Below are positions 1 to 11,132 of a DNA stretch of 23,764 nucleotides, in pieces. Under the pieces are notes generated by a model. The model searched no databases. It saw only the letters and a program-made list of their open reading frames with translations, and was not told where the DNA came from. The translations under genes were made by a program, and so were the position numbers. Numbering within the stretch: the stretch's first letter is position 1; the number at the start of each line of letters is the position of its first letter. Source of the stretch: Elusimicrobiota bacterium (GTDB lineage: Bacteria > Elusimicrobiota > Elusimicrobia > Elusimicrobiales > UBA9959); assembly GCA_036574205.1 (NCBI GenBank), contig JAINCQ010000035.1, positions 1 through 23,764 of the forward strand, read 5' to 3'.

Positions 1-407
1 TCACGACCACGAACTAAATAGCCTTTCAGATACGGCGCTTCTTTATATATCCACTGGTATATGCTTTCGTGGCTTATTACACACTTGCCTCCGTTAAGCA
101 TTTTAAGACGACCAGATATAATTTCTGACGACCAACCTTTCATAAGCATATTCTCAACATCTAATCTTAAGGCATAGGTTTTGAGCCTTTTCTTCTTGTG
201 GCTTTCCTTAAACCTCTTTTCCGCTTTCTCTTGTGCTTTGTGCGGTAAGTAATGGGCTTTGCGTGAACTTATTTATTTTAAGCTTATAAGATATTGTGCT
301 TAGACTGCGATGTTCAGAATTTTTGCTATTTCTCTGAATTTTAAGCCGATTATTAGTAAAACCAACAGTTTGTTGCGCTTGTGCTTGTTTAAGTGCTTGT
401 ATTTCAA
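1..407 (-). pseudogene. IS30-family transposase, N-terminal part, frameshifted; runs off the left edge
   Basis: Manual minus-strand translation from TTG at 407 gives LKYKHLNKHKRNKLLVLLIIGLKFREIAKIL, then after a shift HRSLSTISYKLKIN, then after a second shift HYLPHKAQEKAEKR...KGWSSEIISGRL...ISHESIYQWIY. This matches the IS30 HTH (YKHL..ER...REIA..L.RS.STIS.EL..N) and the W(S)PEQI / ISHE(T)IY.WIY motifs. Two compensating 1-nt indels lie near 312 and 272. Confidence 0.85.
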
Positions 408-441
408 ATCTAGCTCTTATTATACGGCAGATATGTTCTTT

Positions 442-465
442 TGTTGCACTAGCGTTTTGAACTCG
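442..465. mobile_element. Probable left terminal inverted repeat of the IS30 element
   Basis: TGTTGCACTAGCGTTTTGAACTCG lies ~35 bp upstream of the transposase start and resembles the GTTGCAC...TTGAA ends I recall for IS30-family elements. The partner IR is outside the window. Confidence 0.55.
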
Positions 466-482
466 TGATATCATACAATTTA

Positions 483-511
483 TTGACTATTTAAGTAAAA
501 ACTTGTATTAT
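483..511 (+). promoter_or_regulatory. Sigma70-type promoter for infC
   Basis: TTGACT(483-488)-N17-TATTAT(506-511), with an alternative TATAAT at 509-514. Strong SD TAAGGAGG at 605-612. Confidence 0.6.
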
Positions 512-617
512 AATTATATGGCAGAATTATCAACTCAAAAATATTCCATTTAATTATGCGCTTTTTGTTTCTCAATTTTAAAAATCAAAAAATTATTTAA
601 GATATAAGGAGGAAACT

Positions 618-1136
618 TTGGCATTTGACAAAAGATATAGAGTTAATAATCAAATAAGAGTTCCGCAGGTAAGAGTTATATCTGCCGACGGAAATATGAT
701 AGGCATTAAATCCACATATGAAGCAATAAATTTAGCAAGAGCCGCCGGACTTGATCTTGTTGAGATATCCCCTAATTCAAATCCCCCGGTATGCAAGATA
801 ATAGACTATCACAAATTTTTATATGAGGAAGAAAAAAAAGAAAAAGAAAACAGAAAAAAGCAAAAAGAAAATATATTAAAAGAAATAAGGGTAAATCCAA
901 GAATAGCGCAGCATGATCTTGAGACAAAAATAAGGCATATGGAAGAATTCCTTAAAAAAAATCATAGAGTAAGAGTGGCTTTAATGTTTCATGGCAGGGA
1001 ATTGCAACATAAAGAAATAGGAGAAAATCTTCTAAATCAAATACAGGAAAAACTTTCAAATGTTGGAGAAATAGACGGTAAAGTAAATGATACAGGAAAT
1101 AAAATAATAATAACATTAAAGCCAAAAAAAGCTTAG
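618..1136 (+). CDS. infC: Translation initiation factor IF-3
   Basis: RVNNQIRVPQVRVI, GLDLVEISPNSNPPVCKIIDY, KEIR..P.I..HDL.TK and F.GRE motifs. TTG start 5 nt after AAGGAGG. Confidence 0.97.
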   Translation: MAFDKRYRVNNQIRVPQVRVISADGNMIGIKSTYEAINLARAAGLDLVEISPNSNPPVCKIIDYHKFLYEEEKKEKENRKKQKENILKEIRVNPRIAQHDLETKIRHMEEFLKKNHRVRVALMFHGRELQHKEIGENLLNQIQEKLSNVGEIDGKVNDTGNKIIITLKPKKA

Positions 1137-1197
1137 CTTTAAACAATTTTTAGTATATTAGAATTTTAATCAGGGGGACAAATTTGAGTTTTTTATA

Positions 1198-1791
1198 TTA
1201 TCCTTTCAAAAAATTTTTAATTCCGCTTAAAATCATTTGAACTGAAATTGTAATTAAAACCATACCCATAAGCCTTTCAACTGCACTCATCCCTTTCTCA
1301 CCCAAAAAGCTTGCTATTTTTGAGGAAAAAGAAAGCAATAAAACATTTATTAACCATGAAATTATTATTATAAGAAACCATAATAGAATATTACCGGGGT
1401 CTTTCATATTATAAATTAATACCATACTCAAAACCGATGGTCCTGCAACCAATGGAATTGCAAGAGGAACAATAAAAGGCTCTTCTTTTGTATCAATAAT
1501 AGAGTTTTCTTTTGAGGGGAATATCATAGACAGCGCTATTAAAAATAATACTATTCCACCAGAAATAGATAGAGAGATCATATCCATTGAAAAAAATTTC
1601 ACAATCCACTTTCCAAAAAAAAGAAAAAAAAGCATTAGAGCAAGAGCTATTAAAAGCTCCCTGATTATTATTTTTTTTCTTTTGCTTTCTTCTACATTTT
1701 TAAGGACTGATATAAAAAGTGGAATATTCCCTAACGGGTCCATAACGAGTGTTAGGGTGACTATAGCAGATATAACTTCGCTGAAACTCAT
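1198..1791 (-). CDS. MarC/YhgN-family inner membrane protein
   Basis: [30 protein letters not shown] and ERLMG motifs, several hydrophobic helices. ATGA overlap with the gyrA stop. Confidence 0.93.
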   Translation of the reverse strand: MSFSEVISAIVTLTLVMDPLGNIPLFISVLKNVEESKRKKIIIRELLIALALMLFFLFFGKWIVKFFSMDMISLSISGGIVLFLIALSMIFPSKENSIIDTKEEPFIVPLAIPLVAGPSVLSMVLIYNMKDPGNILLWFLIIIISWLINVLLLSFSSKIASFLGEKGMSAVERLMGMVLITISVQMILSGIKNFLKG

Positions 1792-4259
1792 TTAGAATTT
1801 TCTTCTTTTGCAACCGGCTCAACACTTGAAACCTTATCCCCCTCTTCAAGCTTAACCAATCTCACACCCTGAGTATTTCTACTAACAACCCTTATATCCT
1901 TACAATGTATTCTTATTATCTTGCCTTTTTCCGTAATTATCATCAAATCATCATCATCGTCTACAAGTTGTATTCCAATACTATTACCATTTCTCTCGCT
2001 TGTTTTAATTGTTATTATACCCCCGCCGCCTCTATGCTGATTTCTATATTCGCTTAATTCTGTTCTTTTACCATATCCATTTTCACATACTGTCAAAAGG
2101 TCTTTTTTAGAGTTTTGCGAAGCAACCTCCATTCCAACAACCATATCTTCTTTAGCAAGTCTTATTCCTCTAACTCCTCTTGCATTTCGTCCCATATCCC
2201 TCACTTCTTTCTCATTAAACCTTATAGACATTCCGTCTTTTGTTCCAATAATAACATCATAACTTCCATCAGTCAATGCTACCCCGGTAAGTATATCCCC
2301 GTCTTCAAGGGTTATGGCATTTATTCCACTTTTTCTTATGTTGGCAAATTCCGATATTGGAGTTTTCTTAACATATCCTTTTCTTGTCGCCATAAAAAGA
2401 TATGATTGCTGTTTCTTTTTTTCCTCAAAAGACTCTATTGAGATTATCGAAGTTATTTTTTCATCTTTTATAGGCAAAAGATTAACTATCGCTTTTCCTC
2501 TGGCAGACCTTGGAGCCTCAGGTATTTCATATCCTTTTAAAGCATAAACCTTTCCCCTTGTGGTAAACATAAGAATTGTGGAATGAGTTGAAGTAGTAAA
2601 TAAATGATCCACAAAATCTTCTTCTTTCAAATCCGAGCCAATTACCCCTTTACCACCCCTTCCCTGAGATTTATAGGCATCACAGGGTATTCTTTTTATA
2701 TAGCCGCTATGAGTTATTGTTATTACAACATCCTCTTTTTGAATAAGGTCTTCTATGTCTAGTTCACTAGCCTCTGAAGATATCTCTGTTCTTCTTTTAT
2801 CACCATACTTTTCTTTAAGCTCTTTAAGTTCATCAATTATTATTTTTAGTATTTTTGCTGGATTTTTCAATATTGAGCGAAGCTCATCTATTAATTTTAA
2901 AAGCCCCTTGTATTCCTCTTCTATTTCTCCAACCTCAAGTTTTGTCAACTGATGCAGTCTCATATCAAGTATAGCCTGAGATTGGATTTCAGTCAAAGCA
3001 AATCTTTTCATTAATTTATCCTTTGCCTCAGCAGGATCTTTGGATTTTTTTATTATTTCAACCACCTCATCTATATTTTTAAGAGCTATAAGATAACCTT
3101 CAAGTATATGAGCGCGGGCAAGAGCTTTGTTTAAGTCATATTTTGTTCTATTATAAATTATCTGTTTTCTGTGTCTTATATACTGCTCTATAATCTCTTT
3201 GATGTTTAAAACTTTTGGCTTTCCATCAACAATCGCAAGCATTATGACACCAAAACTTGTCTCAAGTTGGGTATGTTTGAAAAGTTGATTTAAAACAACC
3301 TGCGCATTACCATCCCTTTTAACCTCAATAACTATTCTCATCCCCCTTCTATCAGATTCATCCCTTATATCCGAGATATCGGTTATTTTCTTATCCCTGA
3401 CAAGATTTGCTATTGTTTCTATAAGCATAGCCTTATTCACCTGATAAGGAAGTTCAGTTACTATTATAGCTTCTCTATTGCCTTTTATTTCTTCTATTTC
3501 AGTTCTTGCCTGAATTTTAACTGATCCACGTCCTGTTTCAAAATAATTTTTTATTCCACTTCTTCCTCTTATTATTCCAGCAGTTGGAAAATCAGGACCT
3601 TTTATATATTTCATTAAATCTTTTATTGAAATCTCAGGATTTTCAATAACAGCTATTATACCGTCACAAACCTCATTTAGATTATGTGTTGGGATATTGG
3701 TCGCCATGCCAACTGCTATTCCATTAGAGCCATTTATTAAAAGGTTTGGAAGTTTAGCAGGAAGAACAGAAGGTTCTGTTAACGAACCATCATAATTCGG
3801 GACAAATTTAACTGTATCTTTATCTATATCGCCAAGCATCTCTTCACTTATAGCCGCAAGTCTTGCTTCAGTATAACGCATCGCAGCTGGCGGATCTCCA
3901 TCAATTGAACCAAAATTTCCCTGGCCGTCTACAAGCGGATTTCTAAGTGAAAAATCCTGAGCCATTCTTACAAGGGTATCATATATAGCTGCATCTCCAT
4001 GAGGATGATATTTACCCATAACATCACCAACTATACGCGCTGATTTTTTATACGGTTTATTATACCTCAATCCCATGTCATACATGGTATAAAGCACTCT
4101 TCTATGAACAGGTTTAAGACCATCTCTTACATCTGGAAGAGCTCTTCCGATAATAACACTCATAGAATAATCAATATATGAAGACCTCATCTCCTCAGAA
4201 ATATCTCGTTCTATAATATTTGTTTCTACATCTAAATTTTTTTCATCTTTCTCTGCCAT
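1788..4259 (-). CDS. gyrA: DNA gyrase subunit A
   Basis: [22 protein letters not shown], catalytic AAMRYTE, GyrA-box QGRGGKG, beta-pinwheel repeats. Confidence 0.99.
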   Translation of the reverse strand: MAEKDEKNLDVETNIIERDISEEMRSSYIDYSMSVIIGRALPDVRDGLKPVHRRVLYTMYDMGLRYNKPYKKSARIVGDVMGKYHPHGDAAIYDTLVRMAQDFSLRNPLVDGQGNFGSIDGDPPAAMRYTEARLAAISEEMLGDIDKDTVKFVPNYDGSLTEPSVLPAKLPNLLINGSNGIAVGMATNIPTHNLNEVCDGIIAVIENPEISIKDLMKYIKGPDFPTAGIIRGRSGIKNYFETGRGSVKIQARTEIEEIKGNREAIIVTELPYQVNKAMLIETIANLVRDKKITDISDIRDESDRRGMRIVIEVKRDGNAQVVLNQLFKHTQLETSFGVIMLAIVDGKPKVLNIKEIIEQYIRHRKQIIYNRTKYDLNKALARAHILEGYLIALKNIDEVVEIIKKSKDPAEAKDKLMKRFALTEIQSQAILDMRLHQLTKLEVGEIEEEYKGLLKLIDELRSILKNPAKILKIIIDELKELKEKYGDKRRTEISSEASELDIEDLIQKEDVVITITHSGYIKRIPCDAYKSQGRGGKGVIGSDLKEEDFVDHLFTTSTHSTILMFTTRGKVYALKGYEIPEAPRSARGKAIVNLLPIKDEKITSIISIESFEEKKKQQSYLFMATRKGYVKKTPISEFANIRKSGINAITLEDGDILTGVALTDGSYDVIIGTKDGMSIRFNEKEVRDMGRNARGVRGIRLAKEDMVVGMEVASQNSKKDLLTVCENGYGKRTELSEYRNQHRGGGGIITIKTSERNGNSIGIQLVDDDDDLMIITEKGKIIRIHCKDIRVVSRNTQGVRLVKLEEGDKVSSVEPVAKEENSK

Positions 4260-4287
4260 AATATAACTCCTTTATTAAATCATGATT

Positions 4288-6786
<2,499 letters not shown>

Positions 6787-7056
6787 TTAAATAAATTTAA
6801 TATCTTTTATAAATTTAGATTTAAAGAAAGAATTTATCTCTTTTATTATAAAATCTTTTTTCATATATAAATCGTTTTTAAGAACGGGATTTTTAACTTT
6901 CAAAATAAGTGTTTTTTTTTCTATAGAATATATATCACAAAAAGAAGAGTATTTTTTTAAATCTTCTTTCCATATATGATTTAAAATCATTAATTTTTCA
7001 ACACTAACCCCGCCAAAAATCTTATACGAAGCCAATATTTCTTTAATACTATTCAT
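6787..7056 (-). CDS. DUF721 / DciA-like protein (putative helicase loader)
   Basis: 89 aa in the canonical dnaN-gyrB slot, with the pattern W......C.I..I....L.L.V.NP.....L......II..IN......IKDIKF typical of the DUF721 KH-like domain. Confidence 0.7.
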   Translation of the reverse strand: MNSIKEILASYKIFGGVSVEKLMILNHIWKEDLKKYSSFCDIYSIEKKTLILKVKNPVLKNDLYMKKDFIIKEINSFFKSKFIKDIKFI

Positions 7057-7057
7057 A

Positions 7058-8185
7058 TTAGTAAGATTTAAGCGGCATTACCATATATATCAGATTTGGA
7101 TTTTTATCTATTTTCATCATAGTAGGAGTTGTCGCTCCTGTAAAATTAAACTCAATATTTTTAGAATCTACATTTTTTAATATATCTATAATAAACCTTG
7201 GATTATAAACAACAGTAAACTCTTTAGAATCTCCAGAAAACTCACAATCTATTTCATCTTCAAAATAGACTGATTGAGAAGATGATGTTATAATTAAAAC
7301 ATCTTTTTTAAAAATATACTTAACAAAACCAGTTTTTAAATCCCCTTCGCAAATAACTGCTCTTTTGGTTGAAGCAAGAAGTTTTTCAATATTTATTTTA
7401 GCAGAAGATTCAAAACTTTTTGGTATTATAGTCTCATAAGAAGGAAAATTTCCATCAATAAACCTTGAAATAAATTCCGTATCTTTTATTTTAAAACCTA
7501 TTTGATTTGTTGATATATCAACAAGAATATCATCTTTTTCCTCACAGTTTGCTTTTATAAAATGGGATATATCTTCGAGTATTCTTGATGGAATAACTAC
7601 CTTAAAATCTTTCTTAATACCTTCCTTTATATCCTTTGATATAACGGCAAGCCTTCTACCATCTGTTGCCGCAATAGTAAAGTTATTTTTTTCTTTTTTC
7701 CATAAAAGACCATTTAAAACAGTGTTTTTATCATCTGTTGAAACTGAAAAAATAGTCTTTTCTATCATATCAAGAATACTGAAACTATTTATTCTAAAAG
7801 ATTCTTTCTCGTTTATCGTGGGAATTGCTGGATAATCAGATACAGGAAGTCCAGTTATTTTAACCTTCATCTTTCCAGATTGAACTAAAACCTTATCATC
7901 TTCAGTTGAAATAGTTATTTCACTATCTTTATCAATGCTTAAGATTATGTCATAAAGCTTTTTAAAAGGTATTGTTATCCCCCCTTCTGTTATTATTTTA
8001 AAATCCCCTCTATAAGTATGCTTTATGGCTATTTCAAGGTCGGTAGCGACAAATTTTATAAAGTCTTTTTTTGCTTCTATAAGAAAATTTTGCAAAATAG
8101 GTAAAGAACCAGTTTTAGATTGAACAGCGGTTTGAATTTTGCTTAAACATGTTATAAGATTATTCTGTGATAATAATATTTTCAT
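7058..8185 (-). CDS. dnaN: DNA polymerase III beta sliding clamp
   Basis: LPILQNFLI, ATDLE, ATDGRRLA, G.FP.YE.IIP, YMVMPL; 375 aa; SD GAGGAGG upstream. Confidence 0.97.
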   Translation of the reverse strand: MKILLSQNNLITCLSKIQTAVQSKTGSLPILQNFLIEAKKDFIKFVATDLEIAIKHTYRGDFKIITEGGITIPFKKLYDIILSIDKDSEITISTEDDKVLVQSGKMKVKITGLPVSDYPAIPTINEKESFRINSFSILDMIEKTIFSVSTDDKNTVLNGLLWKKEKNNFTIAATDGRRLAVISKDIKEGIKKDFKVVIPSRILEDISHFIKANCEEKDDILVDISTNQIGFKIKDTEFISRFIDGNFPSYETIIPKSFESSAKINIEKLLASTKRAVICEGDLKTGFVKYIFKKDVLIITSSSQSVYFEDEIDCEFSGDSKEFTVVYNPRFIIDILKNVDSKNIEFNFTGATTPTMMKIDKNPNLIYMVMPLKSY

Positions 8186-8195
8186 TAATCCTCCT

Positions 8196-8335
8196 CATAA
8201 TAAATAAAGTTAAGTGTTTATATGTTGATAAGTCTTTTTTTTTGAGTTTATGTTATTTAGTTTTTTTATAAACATTTTTTTCACATCTTTTTCACATTTT
8301 TTAAACATTGTCTACATAAATTCTTTTTTTAAACA
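8196..8335. promoter_or_regulatory. oriC sub-region between dnaA and dnaN (degenerate DnaA boxes plus AT-rich tract)
   Basis: TTATAAACA 8266-74, TTTTTCACA 8277-85, TTTTTCACA 8288-96, TTTTAAACA 8299-8307, TTGTCTACA 8308-16, TTTTAAACA 8327-35. Opposite-orientation TTATCAACA (8231-8223) abuts TATAAACA, followed by an AT-rich stretch before the dnaN SD. Confidence 0.75.
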
Positions 8336-9676
8336 TTAATTAACATTTTTATTTTTAATTTTGTTTATAAGATTATTTATTTTTTCAGCAAAAAAAGGTT
8401 CACTATTTAATAGTTGCTTTATTTTATCCCTTGCGTATATAACAGTTGAATGATCTTTATCAAAAGCTTTTCCTATATCTGGTAAAGATATGTTGGTTAT
8501 TTCACAGGCTATATACATTGCTATTTGCCGCGGAATTGCAAATCTTTCTGATCTTTGTTTTGATTTTATCTCTTCAACTGTTATTCCATACTCCTCAGCT
8601 ATGATTTTTTGAATATCATCTATACTTATCTGATTTGAATAATTTGTATTGTTTACTGATAAATAGTCTTTTATCCATTCTTTAGTTCTATCTATAGTCG
8701 GGTACTCATTAGAGTAAACTGAGTAATGATAAACCATTGATAGACAACCTTTAAGGCTCCTTATACTGTCTTTTACATTTTGAGCTATAAAATCTATAAC
8801 ATCCTGTGGTATTTTGTAATTTTGCTTTTCGTTTTCCTTATTAAGTATAGCCATTCTTGCTTCATAATCTGGAGTTTTTATATCTGCAACAAGCCCGCTT
8901 TTAAACCTTGAGATAAGTCTTTCATTTATTTGTATATCATTTGGCGGTCTATCTGAGGCTACCACTATCTGTTTTTTATACTCAAACAGAGCATTAAATG
9001 TAAAAAAGAATTCTTCCTCGCTTCTTTCTTTTGCAACAATAAATTGTATATCATCTATCAAAAAACAGTCCAGATTTCTATATTTATTTCTGAAAACATC
9101 TATATTTTTATGATTAATTGAATTTATATATTCATTCACAAAATCTTCGGCTGTTATATATAGTATTTTTGAAAGTGGTCTTGTTTTTAGTATTTCATTT
9201 CCTATTGCCTGAAGCATATGGGTTTTTCCAAGTCCTGGCTTGCTATATATAAAAAGTGGAAGCTTTCCCATTTCATTAACAACATTTTTTGAAAAACCAG
9301 CTGCAAGCTGGTTAAAATTATGTACAATTAATTCTTCAAAAGTATAAGCTGGATTTAAATTACTTTTTAATGGATTTGGAATATATTCCTTTGTTTTTGG
9401 ATAGAGATCTTTTGGCTCTACTTCATTTTTTTGATTAACTGAATATTTTATATTTATATCCTTGCCTGTAATAATTTTAATTCGTTCTTTTATAATATTT
9501 TCTTTCTTTGATATATTTTCTATATAAAGGGTATTTGGAACCTCTATTTCCAGAGTTTCGTTATTTAAAATAACATTATTTATAGACGAAAACCATATAT
9601 CGAGATTGTCTTTTTTTATTTCTTCGGCAATCTCTTCTTTTATTTTATTCCATATATCGTTTTTTAAGTTATCCAC
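8336..9676 (-). CDS. dnaA: Chromosomal replication initiator DnaA
   Basis: LNP.YTFE, GLGKTH, IDDIQF, SDRPP, RL.SRF..GL, PRQIAMY, DHSTV. GTG start. Confidence 0.98.
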   Translation of the reverse strand: MDNLKNDIWNKIKEEIAEEIKKDNLDIWFSSINNVILNNETLEIEVPNTLYIENISKKENIIKERIKIITGKDINIKYSVNQKNEVEPKDLYPKTKEYIPNPLKSNLNPAYTFEELIVHNFNQLAAGFSKNVVNEMGKLPLFIYSKPGLGKTHMLQAIGNEILKTRPLSKILYITAEDFVNEYINSINHKNIDVFRNKYRNLDCFLIDDIQFIVAKERSEEEFFFTFNALFEYKKQIVVASDRPPNDIQINERLISRFKSGLVADIKTPDYEARMAILNKENEKQNYKIPQDVIDFIAQNVKDSIRSLKGCLSMVYHYSVYSNEYPTIDRTKEWIKDYLSVNNTNYSNQISIDDIQKIIAEEYGITVEEIKSKQRSERFAIPRQIAMYIACEITNISLPDIGKAFDKDHSTVIYARDKIKQLLNSEPFFAEKINNLINKIKNKNVN

Positions 9677-9699
9677 AGTTTATCCACATATGTTAATAA
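9669..9699. promoter_or_regulatory. Tandem perfect DnaA boxes at the dnaA start (oriC / autoregulation site)
   Basis: TTATCCACA at 9669-9677 and 9680-9688, plus an inverted degenerate box TGTTAATAA at 9691-9699. Confidence 0.9.
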
Positions 9700-9854
9700 A
9701 ATATTGATATTACAAAAAAATACTTATTTTTAAAGCAATTTTTGTGTTAATAATCATATTACAAAAATATTAAATCAACAATTTTAGTTGTTTTATAAAC
9801 ATAAAATTCTAAAAATAATAACAGAGAGATCTTATATAATATTTCCTAAATAAT

Positions 9855-9884
9855 ATATTATCATAAATTGTGGAATATAGTCAA
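9855..9884 (-). promoter_or_regulatory. Candidate dnaA promoter
   Basis: Minus strand TTGACT(9884-9879)-N18-TAATAT(9860-9855) with a TGn extension. The spacer contains the box-like TATTCCACA. Confidence 0.4.
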
Positions 9885-9903
9885 TAAAAAAATCAAAAGA
9901 TTT

Positions 9904-9912
9904 TGTTATAAT
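9904..9912 (+). promoter_or_regulatory. Extended -10 promoter, probably giving a leaderless mRNA
   Basis: TGTTATAAT (TGn + perfect TATAAT) ends 6 nt before ATG 9919. No SD in front of that ATG. Confidence 0.6.
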
Positions 9913-9918
9913 AATTTT

Positions 9919-11112
9919 ATGAGAATTGAAAATTTTAATTCTATTTTTGGAAAGATAAGTAGTGCTAAAGTCTGGGAATTAAAAGAAAAAATAGAAAGAA
10001 TGAAAATAAATCTTGGTGATATAGAGGAAAAGTTTGTAAAAGGTGGTGGAAAGGGTGGTCAGAAGATAAATAAAACCAACAATGCTGTTGTTCTTAAATA
10101 TAAACCGCTTGCCATCGTGGTGCGATGCCAAAAAGACAGATCTTTGAGTGTTAATAGGTTTTTGGCTCTCAGAGAGCTTATTTCAAAAATAGAAAAAGTT
10201 ATTTTTGAGAATGTGTCAGTTGTAAAAAGTCAAAAAAAGAGAGGTATTTATATGGAAGGGAAAACACTTGCAGAAAAAATTAACCAGGATACCAAGAAAA
10301 TGTCTGAAGAATTTTATAATAGAACTAAAAGAAAACCATTTATTGCTATAATAAATTACTTTGAAGACTCTCCTTCATCTTATTATATGAACCTTAAAAT
10401 CAAAAAATGTAATACCCTTGGTATTGATACCAGGGTTTATATGCCTGAGGATAAGAAAGATAAAAAGGGATTTATTTCTCTGATTAAATCTCTTGGAAAC
10501 GATAGAAATGTTGATGCTATAATGGTTGAAAAACCCCTTCCAGACGGTTTTGATGACGTTGAATTTTGGGATACATTAAATCCCAAAAAGGACGTTGATG
10601 CTCTTTCTTCGGTTAATATGGGAAGGCTTTTTATAACGAGAAATTTTTTGGAAATAGAAAAAGAATATTTTTTTGTTCCTCAAACCGCATATGCCGTTAT
10701 CAAGCTTATGAAATATCACAATATAGAAATATCAGGTAAGAAAGTGGTTGTCTGTGGTAGATCTTCTATTGTTGGAAAGCCAGTGGCTCATATGTTGACT
10801 CTTCTTGACGCAACAGTAACTATTTGTCATTCCAAAACAAGAAATTTAACTGATTACCTTAAATCCGCTGATATAATAGTTTCAGCTATAGGAAAAGCAA
10901 GATTTATCAAGGCTGATATGGTAGGTGAGGGTCAGGTTATAATAGATGTGGGGACAAATATAGATGAAAACGGAAAAATCTGCGGAGATGTCGATTTTGA
11001 AAATGTAAAAAATAAAACATCTTTTATTACCCCCGTTCCGGGAGGAGTGGGTCCTGTTACTCTTGCCTGTTTACTGAATGCTACTGTAAAAGCAGCTCAA
11101 AACCTGCTATAA
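9919..11112 (+). CDS. folD: Fusion of an N-terminal GGQ peptidyl-tRNA hydrolase (RF-1 domain, ArfB/C12orf65-like) and a C-terminal FolD methylene-THF dehydrogenase/cyclohydrolase
   Basis: IEEKFVKGGGKGGQKINKTNNAVVLKY.P..IVV.CQ..RS...NR..A, then in the same frame with no stop EGK.LA, YxxxK, KDVD, GRS.IVGKP, TVTICHSKT, IDVG and TPVPGGVGP.T. ATG 9919 is preferred over TTG 9868. Possible internal start at ATG 10252. Confidence 0.9.
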   Translation: MRIENFNSIFGKISSAKVWELKEKIERMKINLGDIEEKFVKGGGKGGQKINKTNNAVVLKYKPLAIVVRCQKDRSLSVNRFLALRELISKIEKVIFENVSVVKSQKKRGIYMEGKTLAEKINQDTKKMSEEFYNRTKRKPFIAIINYFEDSPSSYYMNLKIKKCNTLGIDTRVYMPEDKKDKKGFISLIKSLGNDRNVDAIMVEKPLPDGFDDVEFWDTLNPKKDVDALSSVNMGRLFITRNFLEIEKEYFFVPQTAYAVIKLMKYHNIEISGKKVVVCGRSSIVGKPVAHMLTLLDATVTICHSKTRNLTDYLKSADIIVSAIGKARFIKADMVGEGQVIIDVGTNIDENGKICGDVDFENVKNKTSFITPVPGGVGPVTLACLLNATVKAAQNLL

Positions 11113-11132
11113 TTTAATATGAGGTGGTTATT

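Noticed and set aside
208..474. 88-aa ORF as a real gene
   Set aside because: It runs through the IS30 IR and borrows only the middle frame of the broken transposase.
1137..1197. Intrinsic terminator between convergent infC and marC
   Set aside because: No convincing stem-loop found.
9868..9918. TTG 9868 start for the fusion ORF
   Set aside because: No SD, and the segment contains the promoter elements. ATG 9919 fits better.
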